Assembly (NCBI GenBank): GCA_050575255.1
Contig: JBNZDD010013573.1
Span: 1,492,019-1,556,018 of the forward strand
DNA from: Harriotta raleighana
Lineage: Eukaryota
Direction of reading: 5' to 3'
Length of the DNA: 64,000 nt
A program made the position numbers and the translations under genes. Below, one piece after another: positions 52,280 to 64,000 of this stretch. The number at the start of each line of letters is the position of its first letter. The first letter of the stretch is position 1. The notes under the pieces are model-generated. The model made no database searches, had not been told where the DNA came from, and saw only the letters and a list, made by a program, of their open reading frames with translations.

Positions 52280-55200
52280 GTCATCTATCCCTACACCTAA
52301 AAGGAGAGTTGTAGAGAAAATGTGGTCCTTCCCTTAATTTCAAGAGAACAATGGGAAGATGACTGTGATCTACACCTCCTCCATTTTGCTCTTCAGGAAA
52401 CTGACTCAGTAAGTGAATTCTGTGCCTGGCCCAGGGCCAGAGAAGGAGTATTGATATGCTGTTATGCAATGCCAGGTCTTGCACTGTGTAGAGAGTAATT
52501 TGCTTGTAAAAATAGCAAAATCAACTGCTGAGACATTTGATTGTGAAATTAAACTGTCTTGAATCCTATTGCTGAATTTCCACACTACAGTTGCAATTGG
52601 AGAAAATTTGGCTATTAATAAACTTCAAAGCATAACATGTAGCCAGCTGCACATCAGTCCACAATGAGAAACTCCCTCAGATTATCACTGAGAAACAAAA
52701 CAAAATTACACTTGTATAGCACCTTTCACGTCAGGAGGACGTCCCAAGGCGCTGGATTATCACTGAAGCGATAGTGATTGGTACAAGTAGCGGCAAAGCA
52801 TCTCAAAGAAGTGACTCACATAGATTTTCTATGTAAAGAAAAGGAATAAAAATGGAAAGGGAGGTGGAAAGTAGATGAGGCAAGATAGCTATGTACTGAT
52901 GCTGCAATACAATTCTGCAGATAAAGTCAGACAATGAGGTAATGTATTTTCAGCTCTTTCATCACTCCTTGTTAATTCCTCACCCTCACACATGCTGCAG
53001 TGATGAGATTGCACAAACGAATGGGTTAATTACCAAACTCAGAAAATCAAAACAAAGTGTTCCCTCCACAATGTTCCATCCATAAAATTGGTCATTGTTT
53101 TCAAGGTTCTTTGTGTAATAATGCTGTGTTCAAATTAGCTGCTGCATTTCCTACGAATAGACATTCACTGCTGCACTTAAATTCTATGAAACACTTTGAG
53201 ACATATCAATGTTGTGATAAGGTACTACATCAAACACAAGGATTGTTTTTATTCTTACTATTGAAGTAAGTTAACTGGTGAAACATGGCCACAAGGCAGG
53301 GTCGTGCAAAGGAGCACGATTTCTCAATATTGATGACTGAATGGATCCCATCTCAGCTTGACATGACCTCGCCGTCCACTCCGTCCGGCGTGGAGGTCGC
53401 TATATAAATCAAAGTTGTTGTTGTTGTTGAACTCATTACCTGACATTACCTGCAGAATTCTACTGCAACATTAGCACACAGATATCTTTTATCATCTATA
53501 TTCCTCCTCCTTCTTTTCCAATTTTATTCCGATAAGATACATCCTCTGGGCAGGTATGACTTGTGTATGGAGAGGTTTCTCCTGGGGTTGACAGCTCTCG
53601 AGTACATTATCCAAGCTGCCTTTCTCTGTGTGTGACTCTAAGACAATTAAGTGAGTAACATCGGATGCTAATGGTCATACTCATTCCGGTTTCCAGTTTC
53701 CAGTAGGTGGCATTGAATAGGAACATGTCTAATTACCCATACTATTTATTTATCCGCAATGGCACCCAATGCTAATTAGCATGGATACTCAACTTTTTAC
53801 TTCAGTTTTGTAGTGCACTCATCACGGGTGAGTGACTTGTTGAGTGTGTTTTACTCAGCTCCTAGCCAGTGTTGCTGGGTAAGATACAGCAGCTACTTAA
53901 CGTAGCACAGACCAGGAATTTAAACAGGAACATATTCCCAAGTTGTGCATCACATAACTGCATTTTGTGTATTCACCCATTAAGTAACAACAACAACAAC
54001 TTCGATTTATATAGCGCCCTCCACGTCGGACGGCAAGTCTCAGAGCGCTTCACACTAGGGGATCCAGGGACTGAGCCAGGGCCAGGGATAGAAAGGTGAC
54101 CAAAGGCACAGTCGAAGAGAAAGGTCTTCAGCTGGGACCTGAAGCTGGGAAAAGAAGGGAGTGAGAAAGGGAATTCCAGAGCCTTGGGGCATAGTGGCTG
54201 AAGGCACTGCCACCGAGGGTGGAGCAGAGGATTCGACAGACATGGAGGAGGCCAGACCCAGTGGAGCGAAGGCAACGGGTGCTGGTTTGAGGAGAGAGAA
54301 GGTCGGAGAGGTAGGGGAGTGCAGAGTGGAGGGATTTGAAGACAAAACCATGGGAGCTTGTTAAATAGTTGGATTTCAGAAATGCAATCGACATTTTAGT
54401 TTCCTTGTGATTTTTTGAAGGAACTTTACTGGAGCAAATGGATGTTTTTACGCAACAGAAAATAGCAGTCACTACACTTGAATTCCTTAGAGACATGATA
54501 TAGAGCTTTTCTTTTTATTCCCCTCAAGGTAAAATCTGGTAAAAAAAAGAGAGAGAGCATTTCAATAATCCCCAAAGCTCACTCACAGATCGAGTGTTTT
54601 CTTGTTCATTAAAACCAATTGATCAAAATTTAAATAGAATGCAGGACATGCAGCAGAAGTGAGCAAAGCACTTTATTAATGCAAGATCATGGTCCAGCAG
54701 ATAATTCAAATCTTTTACAATAAACACCACACACTGCTCTGCAGGCAATTTGCTTGTTAAACATTGTTACGCATGAGTTCACAAGATATCAATATACATT
54801 TTCAAAGCAAGCCCAAGGTCGAACTTCAGCTTTGGTTCCATTACACTGTGGCAGAAATACACCAGACCATATCAGATAAATAGAACACAGGCATGCTGAA
54901 AGCAAGAAATGGGGACTTTAAAACAAAAAAGATACAATTCTTATTTCCCTAAGATTTTGCCCAGAAAACCCTATATGGGGAGATTTGAATAATAATAATA
55001 CGTGCATTTGATGTAGCTTTTAATCACGTCTTTGAGAAGTCTCAAAGAGCTACACAGAATATACAGTAAAGTGAATTGACTATATATTTTGTGGACAAAA
55101 CACAGCATCATATTGTAAACAAAATTCCATATTGTAAACAATAAATAATTCAACAACAACAACAAAATTACACTTGTATAGTTCCTTTCATGTCAGGAGG

Positions 55201-56330
55201 ACACTACGTATATTGTGAACAATATTGCGCACTGCATTGCCTCACAAGCAGTCTAGAGTGAGTGACCAAATTATCATTACATTCTATAGTGCTAACTTGC
55301 AGCTCATATTTTGTTCTTGAAGTTTACGATTGGTTTATTACCACTTACCTTAGAGTATAACAGAGTGCTGATTACTCACATTAATTGGGATCAGTCCCAT
55401 TTACAGATAAAGGAATAATATGGACAACTGGACATGCTAGATATAAATTGCCTACAACCAAAAAAAAAACTTCTATTAGGAGATATTCTATCTTGAATGT
55501 GTCCGATTACATCACCCAGATCTTCTCTCTGACTCTAACTTTCATTCTCTCGGTCTTTGAATATTGTCAGTCTCTCTCTGTAACTTTTTAAATCTACATT
55601 AATCACAGTCTCCAATTCTGTTCTATAAATTGATAAATAGGCTTTTTTTCTTTTTCCTATGTGCAGATAAAACTGCATATGTGCAACATTGGTGTGGATG
55701 TACAAGGAAATGATATCCCGACTAACTTCCTGTTGACCTCTTTCAAAAGTTTACTATCTTTAAACTAAAAAAAGTTATGGCACAGTTACTCTCTCACACT
55801 CAATTTGCGAATATATTTAAAAAAAACCCTATGTCTTCCTGCATCTGAATGATTGGGCGTGCAAAAGAATTTGGCTTTCAATTTTTGACATTTTAATTAC
55901 ATCTCATTTTCAAGGAATGCAAGCTCTACTTTTTTAATCTTCCCTCGGCACTTGAATTCCTATATTCTGCATCACCTTGGTACCTCCACTCGGTTACTTA
56001 TCTCAAGTGCAAATTTATTTCCCTTGACCACATAACCAGAAGTGTGTGCAGAGCTGCAGATGAAGACAGAATCAAGTTGCATCTTAGCTGGAAGCCCATC
56101 AAGCTGTTTAGTGTGGTGGTGGATTTGTCCAGTGTTGGTTCTAGACATGCTTTACTCACTGTTCTAATAGGATAGCTTTCTCCATTTTAAAATGTACCTC
56201 CATATCCAGAAGTACATTGCATAGTTTAGAAGACGCATCATTGGTTACCAAAATGGACTCTCTGTGAGTTTTGCTCGGAGTACCTGATACATCTCTTGTC
56301 CAGTTGAGTAACGATACCACAATCTTAAAA
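52280..56330 (-). mobile_element. Gypsy relic L (gag end?-PR-RT-RNaseH-INT), interrupted
   Basis: DGLPAKMQLDS ~56100, VREKI ~55525, ACPVV..NGT ~55435, VMEP..MYIDIL ~54840-54780, LNYL ~54705, LCDA ~53950, KSLT ~53835, IVD*C ~52660, PWARHRIH..VDH ~52435-52365. Confidence 0.65.
53985..54345 (-). mobile_element. L2 3' end
   Basis: GGSAFSHYAPRLWNSL..FRSQLKTFLF; (caa)n tail. Confidence 0.9.
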
Positions 56331-56534
56331 AAAATCTTTATATGGTCCTAAAATACAAAACAAAACAATGCCAAATTCTGTAATTTAATTTAAACCACCT
56401 TAAGTCAGTAAACCTTCGGAGGTTGTGTATAAATTCCTAATATTCTTGTATTAAATATCAATAATGTAAAAAACACCTTGCAATGGGTGCAAAGAAAATG
56501 CAGTGAAATAGATGGAAAGACAACTGAAGTCAAA

Positions 56535-56860
56535 TAATAATAATAATTATCCTTGCATTTTGATAGAGCGCTTTTCACATCTTATCGACGTCTCAAAACG
56601 CTTCATCGAGTATACTGTAAAGTGAATTGACTGCATAATTGTGGGCAAAATGCAGCCAATTGTGTACATCACTGTCCCACAAACAGTAATGGATTGAAAT
56701 GACCAATTTTATTATTGTGGGTTTTTCGGAGGGATTATTATTAGGCGTGTGGAGTAAGGAAACTTGCCCAATGTTTTGCCTCAATCTGCCTGGATTCAAT
56801 GAACACAGCTCTCACACTTGTAAAATGAGTTCTCTAACCATTGAGCTACAGGAGCTCCAA
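56535..56860 (-). mobile_element. tRNA-SINE
   Basis: Tail (aat)n..ccttgcattttgatagagcgc; head end ccattgagctacagg. Confidence 0.85.
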
Positions 56861-57329
56861 ATACTTAGCAACTGAGCAGAAAAATGCAATTCCCCCTAAT
56901 CATTCGTCACTTTCTAATATAACAGAGTTTTTGACTAATTCAGATATTCATTCTATCATCTTGTTTAATATTTTAGGAAGGCATTCATCAGTTAAAACAC
57001 TGAAACTGGTTTAATATTTCAGTTTATCATGATCTGGTTGGTGATTCAGAAAAGATAGGTGAGTGTGAATTAAAGTCTCCCAACACTTGCGAATGAATAA
57101 GATCAGTTTCGGGCGTTCAGTTATGCAAGCACTAAAAATCCTCCAAAACGTCGACTGAATAATTCATGTTTAAGTGCGATCCTTGACAGAAGGCGTTGGC
57201 AGATTACGTGACCAGCTCAATCCTGTCTTTATCAGATTCCCACAGGCGCATCTCTAGCAAGAGTCACTGGATAGCAATCAGGACTGAATAAACTCATTGA
57301 GCCATTGGGGAGCTAATCAGTGACAATTT

Positions 57330-58000
57330 GATGGAGTTTGGACTCATGTTTGTTTCATCAGGAGATTTCGGTTAAGGTAGGTTTGTGCTCAGAGAAGGCT
57401 GGCTCTCTGGATTCAATGCTGCTCTAACTTCAATTCTCATCTTTATAAAACACAGAATTTGTCTCCCAGGCTCCAAGAAATGATGTGTATGATTTCTATA
57501 GACTTCACAGTCGTGTAACATATCTCATGTCAAACATAAATGTGATTCACTAAAGAATTCTAATCAATATTTCAATAGATGTATAAATACAGTCTTTGAT
57601 TTAAAAAAATCTGAAAAGTACATTCAGGGAATCAATTTACAAAGCAATGGTCCCTAGTTCTTTTAATTAAAAGCCAAGTCTCTATGTAAATTAAGCAATA
57701 GATGATGCCTGTGAAGGCCATAGCAGTGCTCTATGTCAACACACACTCCGTCGACGTTTATTCAAGCATGACGTATTGCTCATTTCTATTCATTGCAGAC
57801 ACAGTATAATCTGCTCAATATAGTTTCTGTTCAAAAGCAGACAGACACTGCAGCCATTTCAATAACCTACCAATTCAAATGGTCCTTTTCAAACTTTCAA
57901 TACGAACTCACAGGATCACCAGACGACTGGAACAAGAATGCTTGTCACTCCATATGAGCTTATCACATCAAACACCAACCACACTGATTTCCCCAATGAA
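57330..58000 (+). mobile_element. Gypsy integrase relic M
   Basis: LRE.W..G ~57388, ISIDF ~57492, SNGP*F ~57643, HQTTG..TPYELI ~57917-57965. Confidence 0.6.
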
Positions 58001-58329
58001 GAATTAATGGAGTTTGTTTAAAAAATCCAATGTCTTGCTATCAAACTCTTTCTCACCTTCTTGTTTAAGGTCTTTATGTCTTGAAAAAAGCACCCAGCCT
58101 TGCAGCCAGTTTGCTTTGCTTATATTGTTGCCTCACTCTTTCATCCACAAACTATGCAGTCAATTCAATTTACAGTATATTCTGTGAAGCACTTTGGGAT
58201 ATCGCAAAGATGTGATAAAGTACTGAATCAAAAGCAGGGTTCATTATTAGTATTAGACTGCTTGAATAGCATGAGGAACAAGTTTAACTAATGTATTTTG
58301 TGTTTTGTTCCTTTTATATTGTTGTTCAA

Positions 58330-60750
58330 GAGGCACAGAAGGCCACAGCAAAGTCAAGGCATTGAACACTCCAGTGGTGGTTTACCCATACCTCTCCTTT
58401 TGCCCTTAGACTTCACTGCATATTTCACGTGTTTACAGAACAACTGAGGTCTTCAAATTGGTGATGCAGTTTTTTTTATAGTGAATTGTCACAAACAACA
58501 CAGTGACAGGATCTGAATAGCAAGAAAGCTTTGCTCCCACTTTCTGCTGCTGATATTTTAGGTGCTAAGTGGTAAAAATATATTTCTAGAAAGATGTCAC
58601 ATGCATGCAACGCATCAGACACAACTTTTCATTATCGAGACTGATACACCTCACTGCACAGACAGTAGTTATTGGTACTAAACACGTTAGGGACAATGCA
58701 GCACTGGAAAATTTAACTACTTTATATCATGGCCGCCGCACAAGGCAAACTCATACTAGAAAAGTAGTTGAATACCCAAAGGATTTACTGAACATAACCC
58801 TTGGCAAGCTCCATTCCATCCATGGAGTTCATTCATCTCCTAATATCTCTTCCAAAATACATTGATACGTTGTACTTGACTACATTGAATTACATTCGCC
58901 GGGGATCTGCCTGAATGCACACCCTGACAAGCTCGCTTTATTATTGTTCTATGCTTCTTGTTCTGGTTCCAGAGTTACTTTCCTGGTTTATCTGAAAATT
59001 GAACCAGCTTTCAAACTACAAATCAAAGTCATCTTGTGATCCCCGTAGGGAACCTACTCAAAATCTTCACACATTATTGTAGAAATATCCCCCAAAATGT
59101 TTCTGTACAAATGTCAATCTTAAAAAAAGCTGTTAGTAATTCTATGATACAATGTTCATGTTCCTATTTTATATGCAATCCAAGTTACCTAATAGCATAA
59201 CATTTACTTTCTCAATGATAGCTCAAAAATAGATATTGCAGAACGAATAGGATTTAAGAACAGAATAAGTGACCTAAACATAGTCAACGTCTGTATGCAT
59301 AAACTTAGACAACCTCTTTGGTTGACCAAGAAAATAATTGTTTCTTGATCGAGTATTTCGTGATTTATGGCATGAATCTGCTATTCTGTGATTATCTTTT
59401 CGGCCAACCAAAAAGAATGGGCACCACTGACTTTTGAGTCCTTCAGTTGAGCATCCAGCTGGTTAAAAAAAACAATGAGTTATACAGCTTGAACTTTCAT
59501 CACTAGGAATCAAATCCATTTAATTTTCTGTCACATTTTCAAAAAGAAATGCAGGAACACTCTCGAGGAGTACATTTAAAGGGGCGAGTGGGTTCGGAAC
59601 AAGTGACACATGTGATCAGTTGGTAAACATTTTTTAAAAAACACAGTTGTGAAGAGAGGATAAGTCTATTCACAATCCTTCGAATTGAAGCGATGCTAAA
59701 ACAGAAAGCGATCCTATTTATATTTAAATATTGTACTTTTCCTTGTTAATGGGAGATTGGGTGTGACACGTAGTTCAAATGAAATATTGAGTTAAAAAAT
59801 CTTGCTTAATAAAATCTGATGAAATATTACGAATAAAGCATTAATTATATACTGCACAAATGGAACCCAAAGACGTTTTTTTTAATCATGTTATTAGTTC
59901 TTTTGTTCTTATAGATCAATATTTTTTTTAGGACTTTTCCCTCATTAAAGTAACCTCAGAAAAAACTTGCATGTCAGAACATCCTCAAGTATTAATTGCA
60001 ACTGAGTGACAAATCAGCACTCAATACATCTTCGTAATTACAATGTCTGTTCTTGCTAACACGAAAAGATTGGCATGCAATTTTCAGATGCCGGCTAAAG
60101 TCAAGTTCAGTTCAATCAAGTTGAACTGATGAATCACTTTCCAGATATTTCACTTAAAGACGAGTAAATGCAATTCATTTAAAGCAATAATGGATGTGTT
60201 GGGAGTACACAAACACAAAATCAAGGATAGGTTAGTTGACTGCACGACTGAATCCATCAATTAACATGATTCCCTTAGTCTTCTATTGAATGACTTGAGT
60301 GAAAGGTTATTATGGTTATACACAAGGTTTGTCTGAATACTTTGAGGTTATGATTGGGATCAATCATGAAGCATGCGTGAGTGCCAGTGTTGCAATGGAT
60401 CCATTCGAGATTACAACATTCAGACTGTGAAGTGAGGATTTATTGAAAAGAGATGATGCAACCTCTTGAAAAGGTGAATGGAAAGGGAGGTGACAAAAGC
60501 AATTGGGGGTTTTAAGAAAGCAATAAGGACAACTCTGGTAATAAGAAGCTGTGTAGTCACTGTTTTCTGAAGACGATTGGATACAGAGCTATGCAGCAAA
60601 GCAAGAGAAACTGCAGAAATCATAATTTGATGATAATAACGAAAATCTACAACCCAGAGATAAAGTGTACAGTCGAGGGACAAGCTGGAATGGATGCATG
60701 GAAGAACAAGCGAGAGGTAACAAGTAACTATTTAACGCACGACGTGAAGC
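58330..60750 (+). mobile_element. Gypsy pol relic N (RT-RNaseH-INT), little interrupted
   Basis: PFALR ~58396, DLN..DIL-VLSGKNIF ~58510-58585, SYW ~58667, LTT ~58713, VTFL ~58974, IYG...FCDYLFG..TD ~59363-59430, NG..IQTVK ~60394-60430, LQPRDKV ~60646. Confidence 0.7.
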
Positions 60751-63180
60751 AGAATCCTGGAGCAGATGCTGTTTTTCGTTGAGCGCTTTAGACTGCCATC
60801 AGGTGTAACAAAATTCTCGTCTCTGTGGACTAATCATTGTCTCAGAGTTTCAGTTCACACACATTGTGGTGCTGAAATCATGGTAATAATACTGTAATGA
60901 AAGCTATCCAAATTCTAATGGTTCTTTATTGCTGTGACATAACTCCAACCTTCAAACACCTCAAATACAATTTCAATTAAAATTTAAACCACTTGACACT
61001 TGATGGAGAAATGCACAATGATCATTCCCCTGCAGCCTCTCATTTGGCTAACTTATTCCCTATCTATTTCACCTTCATCTGGTGATCAATACTAGCTGCC
61101 AATTATTACTTAATTGCCCCTAGTATTCATTTACAGAATGTTTCACCTTTCTTTTTTCCTGAAAATTTCTATGTTGCTTCTCACAATCAACTTTTGAACA
61201 CTTGGTATGCGTTTTCTTGCTAATAATAATTTGTATGCTTTGACGTCTGAAAGATTTCTCAAAGCGCTGAGAAGCAGAGGCACATAGAAGTAGGCCATTC
61301 AGCCCCTCAAGCCTGTTCCACCATATTATAAGGTCATCGTTCATCTGTACCTCAACTTCAATTCTCCTCCTTGCCCCATATTCCTTGATACCTTGATGTA
61401 ATAACTATGAGTTGAGGTACAGATCAGCCAAGAACTTGTAGAATGGCGGAACAGGCTCGAGGGGATGAATGGCTTACTCCTGTTTCTATGTTTCTTACTT
61501 GTTCACCTTGATCTCCATGTTTTAAATGTAACATTTTAAGAGTTTATCTTCTGCATCTATCTTGCCCTCTATTTTGCTATTTAGAGGAAAATGTCAGTAA
61601 CTCAGGATTTGAAAGGTTACATCATCGATGTAACTAGGTCAATCAATCTTTTTTATGTACAAAAGTAGGAACTGTACACTTGTCAACAGCTCCTACCAAT
61701 CTATTTGACAATGTACAGACAAGTAAATTTGTCTACTACAAGGATTAATATTCAGAAATCAATCAGAACTGGTATGTAGCCAAGATATGGAGTTTACTTG
61801 ATATTGGTTATGGTTAAATCCTCTCCCTCTTCCCCTTTGCTTGGGGGTGAGACTCCCCCAGTGTTAAGCTCTCCCGGCAGTATGGAGGAACCTGGTTGTC
61901 AGTTGACTGATAGATCACTTTTCTGGAGGTAATAATCCCTTAAAAAACCAAAAATGTGATCNGTGAAGCAGAATCCTGGAGCAGATGCTGTTTTTCGTTG
62001 AGCGCTTTAGACTGCCATCAGGTGTAACAAAATTCTCGTCTCTGTGGACTAATCATTGTCTCAGAGTTTCAGTTCACACACATTGTGGTGCTGAAATCAT
62101 GGTAATAATACTGTAATGAAAGCTATCCAAATTCTAATGGTTCTTTATTGCTGTGACATAACTCCAACCTTCAAACACCTCAAATACAATTTCAATTAAA
62201 ATTTAAACCACTTGACACTTGATGGAGAAATGCACAATGATCATTCCCCTGCAGCCTCTCATTTGGCTAACTTATTCCCTATCTATTTCACCTTCATCTG
62301 GTGATCAATACTAGCTGCCAATTATTACTTAATTGCCCCTAGTATTCATTTACAGAATGTTTCACCTTTCTTTTTTCCTGAAAATTTCTATGTTGCTTCT
62401 CACAATCAACTTTTGAACACTTGGTATGCGTTTTCTTGCTAATAATAATTTGTATGCTTTGACGTCTGAAAGATTTCTCAAAGCGCTGAGAAGCAGAGGC
62501 ACATAGAAGTAGGCCATTCAGCCCCTCAAGCCTGTTCCACCATATTATAAGGTCATCGTTCATCTGTACCTCAACTTCAATTCTCCTCCTTGCCCCATAT
62601 TCCTTGATACCTTGATGTAATAACTATGAGTTGAGGTACAGATCAGCCAAGAACTTGTAGAATGGCGGAACAGGCTCGAGGGGATGAATGGCTTACTCCT
62701 GTTTCTATGTTTCTTACTTGTTCACCTTGATCTCCATGTTTTAAATGTAACATTTTAAGAGTTTATCTTCTGCATCTATCTTGCCCTCTATTTTGCTATT
62801 TAGAGGAAAATGTCAGTAACTCAGGATTTGAAAGGTTACATCATCGATGTAACTAGGTCAATCAATCTTTTTTATGTACAAAAGTAGGAACTGTACACTT
62901 GTCAACAGCTCCTACCAATCTATTTGACAATGTACAGACAAGTAAATTTGTCTACTACAAGGATTAATATTCAGAAATCAATCAGAACTGGTATGTAGCC
63001 AAGATATTGAGTTTACTTGATATTGGTTATGGTTAAATCCTCTCCCTCTTCCCCTTTGCTTGGGGGTGAGACTCCCCCAGTGTTAAGCTCTCCCGGCAGT
63101 ATGGAGGAACCTGGTTGTCAGTTGACTGATAGATCACTTTTCTGGAGGTAATAATCCCTTAAAAAACCAAAAATTTGATC
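60744..63180 (+). repeat. 1.2-kb near-identical tandem duplication joined by a single N (61962)
   Basis: 60744-61961 equals 61963-~63180 (offset 1219; identical ORFs 61120 and 62339); I saw only two differences. Confidence 0.95.
60790..61700 (+). mobile_element. Possible Gypsy RT relic O (repeated in the duplicated block)
   Basis: HIVVLK ~60861, SNGSLLL ~60914, STFEHL ~61186, FERL ~61608. Confidence 0.35.
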
Positions 63181-63257
63181 ACTCAATCTATGGGATACTG
63201 CTTTGCGCAATTTGCTGCTGCGTTCACCGATACAATATACAGTCAATTCACTTGCAG

Positions 63258-63391
63258 TATATTCTGTGAAATGCTTTGAGACGTCTTGACGATGTGACAA
63301 GGCGTAAAAGTATAAGTTGACATTAAAGCCAACTTATACCTTTACGCCTTATCACATCATCAAGACATCTCAAAGCATTTCACAGAATATA
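63258..63391. repeat. 62-bp inverted repeat with 10-nt spacer
   Basis: Arms 63258-63319 and 63330-63391, 58/62 complementary. Confidence 0.95.
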
Positions 63392-63579
63392 ATCAAGGCT
63401 ATAATCAAGCTTGAGTTAATGTAACACAAGTACAAAACCACAAAATTACCCTTTAATAGTTCAAAAATTATTTACGGGATAATAGAAAGAATATTCATAA
63501 GTAATACAACACAGAGATGGCTAAATACAGTCAAATTAATTCTCAAGGCCAAGAATGAGTAATGGATGCATGAAAACTN

Positions 63580-64000
63580 CTGAGAAGCAGAGGCACATAG
63601 AAGTAGGCCATTCAGCCCCTCAAGCCTGTTCCACCATATTATAAGGTCATCGTTCATCTGTACCTCAACTTCAATTCTCCTCCTTGCCCCATATTCCTTG
63701 ATACCTTGATGTAATAACTATGAGTTGAGGTACAGATCAGCCAAGAACTTGTAGAATGGCGGAACAGGCTCGAGGGGATGAATGGCTTACTCCTGTTTCT
63801 ATGTTTCTTACTTGTTCACCTTGATCTCCATGTTTTAAATGTAACATTTTAAGAGTTTATCTTCTGCATCTATCTTGCCCTCTATTTTGCTATTTAGAGG
63901 AAAATGTCAGTAACTCAGGATTTGAAAGGTTACATCATCGATGTAACTAGGTCAATCAATCTTTTTTATGTACAAAAGTAGGAACTGTACACTTGTCAAC
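63580..64000 (+). repeat. Third partial copy of the duplicated block, after a single N (63579)
   Basis: Matches from 61267 onward (offset 2313). Confidence 0.95.

Noticed and set aside
52261-52480. Plus-strand CR1/APE-like VPEDWK and LQET motifs
   Set aside because: Isolated and out of order; the minus strand gives a collinear integrase (relic L)
53769-53782. Perfect palindrome ATGCTAATTAGCAT (POU/homeobox-like)
   Set aside because: Single short AT-rich palindrome within relic L; chance occurrence cannot be excluded
61120-63657. Three copies of a short ORF (MNDDLIIWWNRLEG...) as a tandem gene family
   Set aside because: Starts in a CR1 tail, and the copies come from single-N-joined duplications
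1-64000. CRISPR array, tRNA/rRNA genes or a prokaryotic system
   Set aside because: No regularly spaced repeats or operon-like ORFs; tRNA-like heads belong to degenerate SINEs

Overview
AT-rich vertebrate-type DNA. The L2/CR1/tRNA-SINE repertoire suggests a cartilaginous fish (inference). I found no supportable host protein-coding exon, RNA gene or CRISPR array. The young layer consists of L2 and CR1 3' fragments, tRNA-derived SINEs with L2-like tails, TA-flanked TcMar-type MITEs and two hAT MITEs with 8-bp TSDs. The main result lies under that layer. Translated by hand across frameshifts and stops, most of the remaining 'unique' DNA gives collinear motif series of very old retroelements: about 15 Ty3/Gypsy pol relics (PR-RT-RNaseH-INT order; 11 on +, 4 on -) and two L1-clade ORF2 relics (both on -). 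They are packed almost end to end, with little or no room for gag, LTR or ORF1. These calls rest on by-eye motif matching, their boundaries are approximate, and they need frameshift-aware profile searches. Other observations: CTCF-like motifs at three relic junctions, a 62-bp hairpin that pairs fully only on the minus strand, two N gaps, and several single-N-joined duplications that are probably assembly artefacts.
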